Virus record (IMG/VR): IMGVR_UViG_3300029998_000014
Direction: 5' to 3' (one strand)
DNA length: 64,000 bases
Origin: a virus
Taxonomy: Duplodnaviria; Heunggongvirae; Uroviricota; Caudoviricetes
Shown here piece after piece: positions 37,726-48,787 of the stretch. Below the pieces are notes generated by a model. The model did no database searches. It saw only the letters and a program-made list of their open reading frames with translations, and was not told the origin of the DNA. The stretch's first letter is position 1. Each line of letters starts with the position of its first letter. Both the position numbers and the translations under genes were made by a program.

Positions 37726-40383
37726 TTAATCTTCTGAAAGATAAATAAAATCGATTTCATCATCAAAATTCTTTGATGCTATAACAGAATGTTCTGATGC
37801 AAATTTATAAGGAATATTCAATAATTTATTCATTTCATTGTGGATTAAATTACCAATCTCTTCAGATGTAGCTTTACGAACGCAACTATTTTTAAGCATG
37901 TGATCTAAAGACCAACCACCATCACCAGCTTCAATATGACAATCGAAACCGTCTATTTTAATTCTAGTAATTTTTGCTGTAAATGGATATGATACTTTAG
38001 TAAGTAGATTTTTACGATTACAACGACTTGACCACAATTTAGGTTCTCTAGTAATTGTAATATAATCACCAACAGTATAACCTTCATATAATTTTGATTT
38101 AGGTTCAGTTCGTGAAATATGATCATTAATAATCTTATTAACAACTTCCATATCAGCTAAATGCGGAGTATCCCAATAAGTATGTGCTGAATCTTTTTTC
38201 CATACTCCACGATTAATACATTCATCATATTCAAAATGATCTGTATGAACCTTAAAACATTTACGAAAATTCTTAGCATTTCCACTAGCATCTTGCGAAT
38301 ACCATTTACTTACTTCGAATTTTGATGGTGTTTCAGATTTTGGTTGAGTATATATCTTACAATACAATTCAGAATAATCACGTTTTACTGTTTCAAATGG
38401 AACTCGTTCACATACAGTTATATCTTTTAAATAAATAAATCCACCGTTCTCAAGACATTTTTTATTACAACAATCATAATAAATTATTGTATCTATTCTT
38501 TCTTTTTCTAATTTTGCATCAGTAAATAGAAAGATATAACTATACTTTGATAAAGTTACCCTATAAAATTCATTATGTTGAAAATTCAAATTAGGTGATG
38601 TACTTTCTGGTTTATAATCCTTTGGTAACACTTCAAAATCAGATGAAGTAGAATTGTTTGTTGTATAAGTCCAACCTTTTTCAATTTGATAAGAAACAAG
38701 TGAAAATTGATCAAGAATTTTAATAATATCACCTTTTTTTAATGATGTACTTTGTGGATGATCCACAGTTGCTCTTAAATATCGACCGGTTAAATCGTCT
38801 TCTGTTGACATAGGTTCTTCAAATTGAGTTTTTGCAAATGCTTCAGCTTCAGATTTAGTAGCAAACCATTTAGCTTCACTAGCTTTAGATAAATTACAAT
38901 AATCAGTTCCATTATAAGGAAGTGATACTTTAACAGTTACTGGACCATTATCTCTTATTATTTTATCAATAGTTCCTTTAGGATGTCCACCATAATCTTT
39001 TAAAAGCACAACATAAGTGCCAACAGACCATTTTTCAGGTTGAGTTTCTTTAACAATTTCTGCCCAAGTATTTTTATCAAAGTCAAATAATGTAACTTTT
39101 TTGTCACCATCTGTTATAACTCTTTTATTTTCTTTAAAAAATGCAGGAGTTTTTAAAACAGTATATTTATCATTTGAAACCACAGGAGACATAACAATAG
39201 TACCAATAGGATAACGACGAATTGCTTCGTCTAAAACTTCTTGAGTATCACGTTCATTCCAATCTTTTTTCGCTAATTCAACTATTTCAGCCCATTTACC
39301 ACAAAGAAATACATGACATTGTCTAGCTTCATCACATACATTATTTCTTGGATCAATTGTTAATTTAGATCCTAATGTATATATTGATCCAGTTGGTTTA
39401 TTTCTGTATTTAGTTCCAATAGGATACCTTTTATTAGCTTCAGCAAGAAGTTCTTCTTTAGAAACTTTAGTCCAATCCTTTTCTGTATTAGTTGAAGTTT
39501 CTTTCAAAACATATTGTTTGAATTGAGTAAAAGTTATTTCTTCATATTCACTAAGCTTATCAGTATTTTTTGACAAACTATTAAACTTACCAGGACTTAT
39601 ACATAACCAATAATTTTGTACATTACTGTTAGTCCACCCTTTTGATTTAAATAATTCATTAGCATAAGGAATAAGAAGTTTACCTTCAGCTTCAGAAGTA
39701 GCTATAACACGCCATTTTAATGGTAATGTGAATTCTTTAGGTTTAAATACCCATTTTTTAAACTGATCCATTGTGAGTTCAGGAACTTCTAAATGATTTA
39801 TATTATTCCAAGCACCATCTTCAAATAAATAACCGGCAGTTCCTCTATATTCATCATCATAACGAGATGTTTTTTTTCGCCATTCACTAATCAATTCAAA
39901 ATCAGGCATAAGTTTATTAACAGCAATACACCATTTTTTAGGTAATGAAGTTAATTCAGAATTCCATAAATCATAAAGAATTTGAGCTCTTTCTTTAGGA
40001 TTACTTCCTTTTAATTTTAAATAAACTTCTTCATATGGACAAGTTGCACCTAATGAAATATGATTTTCTAATCCGTATAAAGAAAATGATCTTTCTTTGG
40101 TTTCTTTAAGCCACCTTTCTAATAAATCATCAGAAACAAATGGATCATAACCTAAAAGTTCTTGAATAGTTATTTCTGTTTTATTATTACTATTATGTCT
40201 TGAATAAAATTCTTTTTCTCTAGTATTAACTATATAAGGCCATGTTCCTCCACTAAATTGACGATATAAAGTATCTTTAGGAACAGAAGTATTCCATCCT
40301 TGACCTATTAATTTATCATATACTTTTTCAAATATTTCAAAAGTAATAGACGGATTATATTTTAAATATTTATTCTTTAACAT
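37726..40383 (-). CDS. Very large protein with repeated YPIGT modules (paralog of 24116..26269)
   Basis: 885 aa; RYPIGTKYRNKPTGSIYTLG, RRYPIGTIVMSPV, KWFATKSEAEAFAKTQ. Confidence 0.6.
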   Translation of the reverse strand: MLKNKYLKYNPSITFEIFEKVYDKLIGQGWNTSVPKDTLYRQFSGGTWPYIVNTREKEFYSRHNSNNKTEITIQELLGYDPFVSDDLLERWLKETKERSFSLYGLENHISLGATCPYEEVYLKLKGSNPKERAQILYDLWNSELTSLPKKWCIAVNKLMPDFELISEWRKKTSRYDDEYRGTAGYLFEDGAWNNINHLEVPELTMDQFKKWVFKPKEFTLPLKWRVIATSEAEGKLLIPYANELFKSKGWTNSNVQNYWLCISPGKFNSLSKNTDKLSEYEEITFTQFKQYVLKETSTNTEKDWTKVSKEELLAEANKRYPIGTKYRNKPTGSIYTLGSKLTIDPRNNVCDEARQCHVFLCGKWAEIVELAKKDWNERDTQEVLDEAIRRYPIGTIVMSPVVSNDKYTVLKTPAFFKENKRVITDGDKKVTLFDFDKNTWAEIVKETQPEKWSVGTYVVLLKDYGGHPKGTIDKIIRDNGPVTVKVSLPYNGTDYCNLSKASEAKWFATKSEAEAFAKTQFEEPMSTEDDLTGRYLRATVDHPQSTSLKKGDIIKILDQFSLVSYQIEKGWTYTTNNSTSSDFEVLPKDYKPESTSPNLNFQHNEFYRVTLSKYSYIFLFTDAKLEKERIDTIIYYDCCNKKCLENGGFIYLKDITVCERVPFETVKRDYSELYCKIYTQPKSETPSKFEVSKWYSQDASGNAKNFRKCFKVHTDHFEYDECINRGVWKKDSAHTYWDTPHLADMEVVNKIINDHISRTEPKSKLYEGYTVGDYITITREPKLWSSRCNRKNLLTKVSYPFTAKITRIKIDGFDCHIEAGDGGWSLDHMLKNSCVRKATSEEIGNLIHNEMNKLLNIPYKFASEHSVIASKNFDDEIDFIYLSED

Positions 40384-40622
40384 GTCTTTTTAGATTTAAT
40401 TAATAACTCTGGTACATAATACCGTTGAATACACGCATGAAATTGATTTCTACTATTAGATACTCGAGCAAGATCAGCTTCATTACAATTAAATTGCAAC
40501 ATAACATAATCAGGCAAAAGTTCTAAGTTCTGTAACTGACGACACACTATTTGGGATAACGGAGCAACAGCTTCGTCAGTCCAAATAGCATTAGTGTCAT
40601 TAAATGTTATGAGTTTTATCAT
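40377..40622 (-). CDS. Hypothetical protein
   Basis: 81-aa ORF. Confidence 0.4.
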   Translation of the reverse strand: MIKLITFNDTNAIWTDEAVAPLSQIVCRQLQNLELLPDYVMLQFNCNEADLARVSNSRNQFHACIQRYYVPELLIKSKKTC

Positions 40623-40624
40623 AT

Positions 40625-41041
40625 TTAAAAATTATCGTACCACCATTTTTTGGTGAACACATGACTACCACAAATTAACCACAATAAAGTTATTCCAAAT
40701 AAAAGTATAGATGATATAATACCACATATATAAGAACATTTAAAAATAATTGGAAGTTCTATCTCTTTGGTTTTATTACCAATATATGAATCTTTAAGTT
40801 TTATTTTATTAAATTCTTTACGAGGAACATCAATAAATTCACCAAAATCATCTTTATATGTAACAAAAATTTGTAAATCATTGTCACCAAGATCCCACAT
40901 TCCAGTAACAGTACCTTTTTGATGAATAATCGTACCTTGACAACTTGGATTATAACAAAAATATCCAAATGAAAAACACATAAAAAAGAATATTGCAATA
41001 AATATTCCTTGTCTTACGTAATCTAATATTTTAATTATCAT
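40625..41041 (-). CDS. Membrane protein
   Basis: 138 aa, N- and C-terminal TM helices. Confidence 0.45.
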   Translation of the reverse strand: MIIKILDYVRQGIFIAIFFFMCFSFGYFCYNPSCQGTIIHQKGTVTGMWDLGDNDLQIFVTYKDDFGEFIDVPRKEFNKIKLKDSYIGNKTKEIELPIIFKCSYICGIISSILLFGITLLWLICGSHVFTKKWWYDNF

Positions 41042-41121
41042 ACTATCTAGATTTAATGATGTTAGTTATCATCACTGCAGCTATCGCTACAATGATGATG
41101 ATTCCTAAGGATAATTGCATG

Positions 41122-41442
41122 TTACAATTTATTAATGAATTTGTAATAAGAATCAAAATTAGAATTACCTCGATCAGGAGACATATATTCACATTCCCAA
41201 CCAGCTTTGTGATAAAGAGATTCGAAATCTAAATATTTTTTATCATATAAATGTCTTTCAAATGATGAACGATTTTCATATTCAGTTTGATCCGGATGAT
41301 TAAAAGCTTTAGTAATGATTTCTTTCTTTGTAATTGTAAAAGACCCACCATTATATCTTTCTTCAATCAATTGATTCACTGAATCAATGATATAATCAGG
41401 TAAAATACGTTTAACCTGATTTGGTCTAATTGGTTCAATCAT
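41122..41442 (-). CDS. Hypothetical protein
   Basis: 106-aa ORF. Confidence 0.45.
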   Translation of the reverse strand: MIEPIRPNQVKRILPDYIIDSVNQLIEERYNGGSFTITKKEIITKAFNHPDQTEYENRSSFERHLYDKKYLDFESLYHKAGWECEYMSPDRGNSNFDSYYKFINKL

Positions 41443-41595
41443 TTTACTTGTAAGATATTAAAGTATCAGACTTTGCATTCCATGCTTTACGCATAATTTG
41501 CTTTTCATTTTGAGATGAGGTTAATATTTTACCTGCTTTAACCTTTTTGTGTTTAGTAACCACTTCGGATAATACAATAGTTTTTTCCATTTTTA

Positions 41596-41665
41596 ATTTG
41601 TTTTGAGTTTATACATAATGTGTTTCGTCCAGCCTCTTCAGTAAACTTTTTAGCCTCTTCTGGAT
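41596..41665 (-). promoter_or_regulatory. Conserved upstream element, copy A (putative phage promoter/leader)
   Basis: Plus strand TTTTGAGTTT...TTTCGTCCAGCCTCTTCAGTAAACT; lies 5' of a small minus-strand ORF (ATG 41593). Confidence 0.45.
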
Positions 41666-41671
41666 GAGGTG

Positions 41672-41706
41672 AATAAAAACGCAGCGGACGTTATAACCGC
41701 TGCGTT
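41672..41706 (-). terminator. Candidate rho-independent terminator
   Basis: Minus-sense CGCAGCGG-TTATAACGT-CCGCTGCG followed by TTTTTATT. Confidence 0.45.
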
Positions 41707-41795
41707 TAAATCAAATAATAATACTAATATACTTCACATTTCACAATGTTCTGTATAAATCCAATAAAAATTTACAAATACTAACTATGGCTTAA

Positions 41796-42284
41796 TTATT
41801 TTAAGAGAATTTTAGCAAATGATGTATCATTCTTCATTTTCTCAATGAGTTCTTTAGAAGACATTTTCTTGGCTTCATCAAGTAATTTATTTTGTTGATC
41901 GACAACACCTAAGCTTGTTTTAGCATCCGCAGACATTGCTTTTAATTCGGATATAACAAATGTACTTAGTTCTTTAGGAATTTGTTTACATGTTGAATCA
42001 GTTGTAACATAATTCATAGCAGTTCCACCACCAATGATTAACAACGTATCTTTTTTACTTGGTATGAATGCATGAGCAAGTAAACAAATTGAGAATATTG
42101 GAATTATCCAACGTAAAGGTTTACTACAACGATCATTTAAATCTTCATCACTTTCGATAAATGAAACCAGCTTCAATATAACATTGAGTGCTAAAAGAAT
42201 TCCGAAGATAATTAATACTCCTAAAAGTACATGTTTGAAACCATCGACTACTGTGAGCCAATAAAAGAGTTTAATATAATCCAT
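41796..42284 (-). CDS. Membrane protein
   Basis: 162 aa, two N-terminal TM helices. Confidence 0.45.
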   Translation of the reverse strand: MDYIKLFYWLTVVDGFKHVLLGVLIIFGILLALNVILKLVSFIESDEDLNDRCSKPLRWIIPIFSICLLAHAFIPSKKDTLLIIGGGTAMNYVTTDSTCKQIPKELSTFVISELKAMSADAKTSLGVVDQQNKLLDEAKKMSSKELIEKMKNDTSFAKILLK

Positions 42285-42291
42285 TTTGTTT

Positions 42292-42600
42292 TTATTTATT
42301 TAATAATTTATTCATATATAAATCAAAATTTTCTTTACATGAAGTGAGAACTCCAACTTGATATGGTAATTCATTAGAAATATGAATATTATAATTTTTA
42401 TCTTCTATTTTTAATAGTTCAGAATTTATAAATTCAGCAATACCTTTTGGAAGCCAAGCAGATGCTCTAATATGAGGTTTATCTTTAAATAAAACTTCAC
42501 CTACAATTTGATCACTTTCAGGTACATTTGGATTTTGTGATTCATATACTCTAATTAATATATCACATTCATAACTTTTATTTAATGTAATTTTATTCAT
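42292..42600 (-). CDS. Hypothetical protein
   Basis: 102-aa ORF. Confidence 0.45.
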   Translation of the reverse strand: MNKITLNKSYECDILIRVYESQNPNVPESDQIVGEVLFKDKPHIRASAWLPKGIAEFINSELLKIEDKNYNIHISNELPYQVGVLTSCKENFDLYMNKLLNK

Positions 42601-43020
42601 ATTTTAAGTTTTGAAATAAGTGTGAAAGGTTGCACCTTTTATAAGAATTACCAACTGTAGCGCGTACACCTAATGTACCTATCTTACACACTAATTAGAT
42701 TAAAAGAGTTTCCTCCCCATATTTCTATGGTTTGGAAACTCGAAAGAGTTTACTTTAAATAAAGACCGGTTAACATAGCAAATACAAACATTACTTCACA
42801 AAAATGAAATAATCCTATAAATATTACGAAAATCTCGAATTCTTTAAGTACGACACGATGTAACCAATTAAATAAATGGGTTATTATTGTATGAGCGATA
42901 ACAATCAACAATACTCCAAATGCGGGTTCGAATGTGATATGCATTATTTAAATAGTGTTAAGATAAATAATCCAACTGACACACACATTATTACAATAGC
43001 AATAGCTTTAAATAGTTTCA

Positions 43021-43197
43021 TTACTTACAAGTTTTAGTACGATAAATTGCACATGTTTTACCTAACATATCAAAGTTTTCTTCGGATGTAGCAAGCTCTC
43101 TTCTTTGATAAGCTGCTTGTCTTGGAGTTAAACCTGATATTATTTCTACTTTTACATTGTTACCTGTTATGGCGATGATTGATTTAGTTTTTGACAT
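43021..43197 (-). CDS. Small hypothetical protein
   Basis: Start placed at MSKTKSIIAITG (ATG 43195-43197), immediately downstream of conserved element copy B. Confidence 0.4.
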   Translation of the reverse strand: MSKTKSIIAITGNNVKVEIISGLTPRQAAYQRRELATSEENFDMLGKTCAIYRTKTCK

Positions 43198-43280
43198 AAT
43201 CTTATTTGTTTTTGAGTTTGATATGTTTAAACATATTTCGTCCAGTCTCATCAGAAACTATTTTATACTCTACTGGTTGA
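43198..43280 (-). promoter_or_regulatory. Conserved upstream element, copy B
   Basis: GTTTTTGAGTTTG...TTTCGTCCAGTCTCATCAGAAACTATTTTATACTCT. Confidence 0.45.
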
Positions 43281-44738
43281 GTTAATAAAAAAGAGAGTAC
43301 ACACTATATGTCCAAATGCGACGATGTGTACTCCCTTAGTGTTTGTTATCAAAATTAATATGATAACCATTGTTTACTTCGCGGTACATCACCGATAAAA
43401 TCGGTGAATCTAACCGGGAAGCATTCTTTCGTAATAAAGAGCTTCACCCTTTTGCTCCCATAGCCAGTTTCAGGACGATATTACGTTGGCTTGTTTTTGA
43501 CACCAGCAATTAGCACGGCATCGGTTTTAGTATACCTATCTTTTATTAATTTGTCTTCAAGGATTGACAGAATGGATGCTATTTGTACATATAGCCGTTA
43601 TACCTTACACTCGGAAGTTCCACACTTTCATCGGAGGATTGCGCACAGGTTTTCATTATACTTATTTGCAGTTAGTATTATACTGTTTAAAGGCATCAAA
43701 CCACCATACTGAATCTCTTCTTGATTAGTTATTCAGATATGCTTCTTATATAAGAGATTATATTATTTATAACGTTATTATATAGAGAATATACATATCC
43801 AACCGTTTATCTGATGAAAGTTGCTTGATGCTAAGAGTTTAAAGTATATTTACAATAATTGCAGCTAATAAAAATCCAGCTGCGGCAGCATATAAATGCG
43901 ACATAATATGATTTTCTTTATCAAAACATATTAATCCCATAAATATATCAAATGCTAAACATAGACTGAGTATAATTACCATTAGCTTATGTATTTAAAC
44001 ATTAATATTCCACAATCAATAAGTAAAGAAAGCATTACATATCCCATTCGTGATTCTTCTTGCCATTTGATAATATTGAATTGTAGTCCAATAAATGAAC
44101 CTAACAAGTAAAAGATAATCCATGGTGCAATGTATAATAGAGTTTTTTCAGTTTTAGTCATGTTTTTTGATTTTACATTCTATTGATATAAACATTGCAC
44201 ACAATTCTACAAATAAATAGAAGATTAAGAACGGTGATAAACAAATTACTATTGCTTGAGTTTTAGTTAACATTATAGATCTTCATTTTTAAATTTGGTG
44301 ATGAAATTATCTAACCATTTAAATCGGATATTAAAGCGAACTCTTTTTATGAGTTTATCGCATAACATACAGATAAAAACAATTAATAATAATCCAATCA
44401 TAAATATCACTATTAATGTATTTATTCCAGGAATAAACCACATAAAATCACATTCAGCTTCATATTTACTAAATATATCTAAATACTTCGGAGATGCAAT
44501 TCTATATAAGACACTACACAGAACAATGGATAATAAATATCCAACAATTAATAAGAATAGTACCATGATTATTGTAATGGAATGTGAAACTTAATACACA
44601 ACATAAGTACAATCCCACACATTATAAATCCACACGCAAAACCTCCAAGTAATACACCTGTAAGATCTTTTTCAATATAATATTTTCTTGTTAGAAATAT
44701 ATCGAAACATAATAAAAGTAATAATAATATTATCATGA

Positions 44739-45011
44739 TTATTTGATTTTAAATTTATCAATTGGATACTCGTACGATGTTATATCATCATCATACACAT
44801 AAACCTTGATTTTATCCCGAGATTTAATGTGTGTGATGTAATATGTGTAAACCAATTTATGTTTTGGTTTAGTTATTGATTCAACTTGTGTAGCAATTGT
44901 GGGTTTTGTAGCTTGATGCATATGCCCACTTCTTGCTTCACAAGATGTTAATACTCGTAAAAGAATAATAACCAAAACTATTACAATAATATTAACAATA
45001 ATTTTAATCAT
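44739..45011 (-). CDS. Small membrane/lipoprotein-like protein
   Basis: 90 aa; N-terminal TM/signal ending in a Cys (LTSC). Confidence 0.4.
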   Translation of the reverse strand: MIKIIVNIIVIVLVIILLRVLTSCEARSGHMHQATKPTIATQVESITKPKHKLVYTYYITHIKSRDKIKVYVYDDDITSYEYPIDKFKIK

Positions 45012-45280
45012 TATTCTTTAGGTCTAATTGAGTTAACACTAATACTATCGAATCCAACAAACGTTTGTTCTTTAAGTATTTGTACAGCTTCAATTGGAGT
45101 ACGAGCACTAATGAATGTAGAACGTTTTAGAAACTTACCAGAAAGATATCCTTTGTAAGTTATTGTGTAAGTTTTTGATAATACTGGAGCATGTCTTCTT
45201 GATTGAGAATTACATGCAGTAAAAGAAACAATTAATACTATTGCTACAACAATATTAATAATAAAGATTTTTAATTTCAT
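45011..45280 (-). CDS. Small lipoprotein-like protein
   Basis: 89 aa; N-terminus MKLKIFIINIVVAIVLIVSFTAC. Confidence 0.4.
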   Translation of the reverse strand: MKLKIFIINIVVAIVLIVSFTACNSQSRRHAPVLSKTYTITYKGYLSGKFLKRSTFISARTPIEAVQILKEQTFVGFDSISVNSIRPKE

Positions 45281-45281
45281 T

Positions 45282-45503
45282 TTAAACTGATTTTTCTAAA
45301 TGAATAGCAATGTTAACAATTAATAATAGTATTATAATACCATATAATATACATATCTTTGGTAATTTAAAGTATGTAAATACATCAACTATAAGAGCTA
45401 CTAAAATTGCAACCATTACCACTATTAAAATGATAACGATTGTAATTAATATTATGTTTAGCATTTGATTAATTTTTATGAATATTAGATGCAATATGAT
45501 CAA
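45282..45503 (-). CDS. Small membrane protein
   Basis: 73 aa, two TM helices. Confidence 0.4.
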   Translation of the reverse strand: MIILHLIFIKINQMLNIILITIVIILIVVMVAILVALIVDVFTYFKLPKICILYGIIILLLIVNIAIHLEKSV

Positions 45504-45687
45504 ATAAAAATATTGCCATTATTATTAAACCTATTGGTCAAATTAATGATGTTGTAAAAATGCTCCGATATTTTGACCGTTATTTAAATACATACTACCA
45601 GGAAAATTATATTCTAATACAAGTAATAATATTGGACATAATATTAATCCAATAATATAAATAATGATTAATGTTATCATAATAAAT

Positions 45688-45780
45688 AAGTTTTTGAGTT
45701 TGACGGGAGTGATGAGCTCCCCGTTTCGTCCTAGTCTCTTCAGAAACTGATGTTATACTCTCCTAGGCTGAGTCATATTG
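45688..45780 (-). promoter_or_regulatory. Conserved upstream element, copy C
   Basis: TTTTTGAGTTTG...TTTCGTCCTAGTCTCTTCAGAAACTGATGTTATACTCTCC. Confidence 0.45.
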
Positions 45781-46047
45781 TTCTTACATCACTGTAATAC
45801 TAAATATAGTTGGGATAGAAATAATGATAATTAGAAAGAAATACAGACTGATGAGGAATGTATATTGTAAAAAAGACTCATGATAGGCTCCGGACTATTA
45901 TGCACCGTATGCAACACCGTCGGACGACGGTTAATCAAATCATAAGTCTTTTATGAAAGTAAACATAATTGAACCCGGGATATCTGTACCGTACTAAAAA
46001 CCATCAGATCTAATGATTTTTTCAATTATGTTTATGAGAGAGTATTG

Positions 46048-46275
46048 CTACTTTTTATGTTTATCTATAGTATTTATCATTTGATAAAACTTATAATAGA
46101 TTATACCTATTGATGCAACAAATAATACAAATGGCCAAAATAATGACATCATTCCATAACCCAATGCATAATCAGCAGGATCATCACATTCTAAAACATT
46201 TGGAAAGAACTTTGTGAAAAGCATAATAATGAATGGGAATAACGGAATTCCAATGAGATAAATTGTTATTATCAT
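46048..46275 (-). CDS. Small membrane protein
   Basis: 75 aa, two TM helices. Confidence 0.4.
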   Translation of the reverse strand: MIITIYLIGIPLFPFIIMLFTKFFPNVLECDDPADYALGYGMMSLFWPFVLFVASIGIIYYKFYQMINTIDKHKK

Positions 46276-46339
46276 AATTTAATAAGTTTAATAAATCTCC
46301 TAATCACCTTACGGCTTTCGGAGACTCAAAAGTGTGTGA

Positions 46340-46669
46340 TTAAATACCTAATTCTTTTAGTTTACGATAAACTGTTCGTTCACTTAATCCAAGTTTTTCA
46401 GCAATTACTTTATTTGTATAATAACCTAGACTCTTAAGAATTATAATATTCTCAGATTCAGTTCTAACACCTGTAATTTCAAGCTTATTTATTGAACTAA
46501 TTATTGTAAAACTTGAAAGATCAACAGCATTTGTAATAGCTAATAACTCTTTTACAGTTATATTAGATATAATCTCTAAAGTTTGTGATTTGAAATCAAC
46601 CTTAATTTTTTCCATTATTACCTGGTTTATAAGATTTATAAACTTTGTGTAATGTGTGACGTGCATCAC
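46340..46669 (-). CDS. HTH DNA-binding protein
   Basis: C-terminus KVIAEKLGLSERTVYRKLKELGI (helix-turn-helix). Confidence 0.5.
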   Translation of the reverse strand: MMHVTHYTKFINLINQVIMEKIKVDFKSQTLEIISNITVKELLAITNAVDLSSFTIISSINKLEITGVRTESENIIILKSLGYYTNKVIAEKLGLSERTVYRKLKELGI

Positions 46670-46689
46670 TAGATGATGCTAAATATACA

Positions 46690-46800
46690 GTTTTATTCAT
46701 TGTGATATGTGTTTTGAGTTTTACGAGAGTTTTAGAGTTTCCTCTTATTCTCTCGTTTCGTCTAGATCTCATCGGAAACCAATGTTATACTCTCTCTAGC
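46690..46800 (-). promoter_or_regulatory. Conserved upstream element, copy D
   Basis: GTTTTGAGTTTT...TTTCGTCTAGATCTCATCGGAAACCAATGTTATACTCTCTC. Confidence 0.45.
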
Positions 46801-46874
46801 TGAGTTGTATGTTATCATTTTACAATGACTAATACCAACGTTCAAAATTACTTAAATGAATAATATATATTGTT

Positions 46875-47168
46875 TTATTTTTTAGAATTATGATTATAAA
46901 CTTGTTGCATTTTCATAGCTTTATCAAGTTCTTTTTGAATAATTCCATAATATATTGGTTGAGTTGTAGTAAATATATATTTACCTCGTGATATATTTGT
47001 GATTAATTCACAAGATTTGAGAAGATTAAATATACTTGACGAATAAGGACATTTAGTTTCTTTTAAAATTTTTGTTAATTCAATTTTACTAAAAGAATCA
47101 ATTTCTTTTGATATGATATTATTAACACATGATATAACTAATTTAGCATTTTCTTCAGATGTTTTCAT
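46875..47168 (-). CDS. Hypothetical protein
   Basis: Start placed at MKTSEEN (ATG 47166-47168), directly 3' of conserved element copy E (partial, 47169-47230). Confidence 0.4.
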   Translation of the reverse strand: MKTSEENAKLVISCVNNIISKEIDSFSKIELTKILKETKCPYSSSIFNLLKSCELITNISRGKYIFTTTQPIYYGIIQKELDKAMKMQQVYNHNSKK

Positions 47169-47728
47169 TATGATGTTTTTGAGTTTGAGCATCGCGTAGG
47201 ACCTAAACTTATACCAATTGTATAAATCTATTGTAACTGAATTGTTACAATATGCACTCTGTTAATAATATTACATAATCAATCCAAATATGTTTTGTCA
47301 TATGTAGGGTTTTCAATGTAAAATTTGGTTGGAATGATTATTGGGATTATTTTTGGAGTGGTTGAGAGTCGTTGTCAGTGCTCGTTTACTCTCAATCAAC
47401 CCAAATATTTTTTTAAATAATCATCTCTATCTTAATACCACATTAGTTATGATATCATTTCGTGTTTGGATATAGCATTCTATGGGGAAAAATGGCTCAT
47501 ATTCTTCTAATCTCATCTTGTATGGATATACTTTATGTTCATGTCCAAAGACATCTTCGAACTTATTGCATGATATCCAAGTGCCTTTCATACATTTCCA
47601 TGTGCTCACAATTATACTCAATATTTGGTAATACATAATTATACTAAGTTGAATACTATAATATATAATTACGTAGTAAAAAAAAGAGAAGTACAAAAAT
47701 GTACTTCTCTTATAACATTGTTAAAATG

Positions 47729-48226
47729 TTATTTCTTTTTGGCTGGTTTAGCCGTATCAACTGTAACATCCTCAGTATCAACTGATTCGTTAACAAGTTC
47801 AAAGATAGGCATATTTTTTGCAACCTCTTTGATTTCTTTACCCTCGGCGATTTCGTCAGCAGTACGGAAAGCATTAACAGTTACAGTTTCGTGGTCTACA
47901 ACTTTGATAGTTTTACCTAACAAGTCCTTAACACTCAAATTTAAACCGTTGTCAATCACGGCACGTTTTGATTGTTCGCCACTTGTGAAATAAATTCCCA
48001 TTAACGTATTAGCACCAACCACGGCAACTGAACCGTTAACAAGTGCAGAGATACCGAGCCACGGTTTTCCACCCTGTGAAATAGCTTCCATTTCAACAAC
48101 GGCGTCCAATTCAATTACAGTATCTTTCGCATAAGTATCGCCACCAATTGAGGCAAAACGAGCAGGAATTTCTGAGGTTGTTAAAATACGTTTACAACCT
48201 GGAATTTGTCTTTTTTCAATATTCAT
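47729..48226 (-). CDS. Hypothetical protein; first gene of the minus-strand block next to the divergent region
   Basis: 165-aa ORF with Lys-rich C-terminus. Confidence 0.5.
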   Translation of the reverse strand: MNIEKRQIPGCKRILTTSEIPARFASIGGDTYAKDTVIELDAVVEMEAISQGGKPWLGISALVNGSVAVVGANTLMGIYFTSGEQSKRAVIDNGLNLSVKDLLGKTIKVVDHETVTVNAFRTADEIAEGKEIKEVAKNMPIFELVNESVDTEDVTVDTAKPAKKK

Positions 48227-48299
48227 AATGATAGAGTTTTGTTTGTTAGTAGTTTACTTTCCATTCAAGACCTGCTGGGGGTAGAAGAGATGACTGTCC

Positions 48300-48766
48300 A
48301 CCCACTCGATTCATAAAAATAAAAAAATTTTTTCAAAAAAAATTATTCAGAACTTCCTAAAAATTATTTTCAATACTTTTTATATCTTCTACCTTTTAAT
48401 AAAATTAATTTTACTACGCGCGCGTTCGTATATATAGTAAACTTTTGCGTTTGATACAACAAATTTTGCGTATCAATATGTAAAGTTTTACGGACAGCCA
48501 CATTAAGTATAGAATTATTAAGTATATATTAAGTATATGGAAACCTTGTAATTCACTGTGTCACAATAACTTAACCGTTTTCATACAAACTCGAGCGTAT
48601 CATTTGAAAATTCCGACGTATCATTTGAGATTTTTTGCGTATCATTTGGAGTTATCTTATTGACTATTAACCGATTACAAATGATATGCTCGAAGTAATT
48701 GTATATCAGTGACTTAACATTTTTTAACTATGTGTATAGTATTTTTGTCACACAAATTTCTTATCT
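48300..48766. promoter_or_regulatory. Divergent intergenic region with A/T tracts and iteron-like repeats (candidate origin / early promoters)
   Basis: ATTAAGTATA x3 (48502-48540). GCGTATCATTTG x3 direct (48595-48648), one inverted copy (48678-48689), and further GTATCA/TGATAC copies at 48450-48475. A8/T8 tracts at 48310-48345. Confidence 0.45.
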
Positions 48767-48787
48767 TTGTGTATCAAATTTAATACG

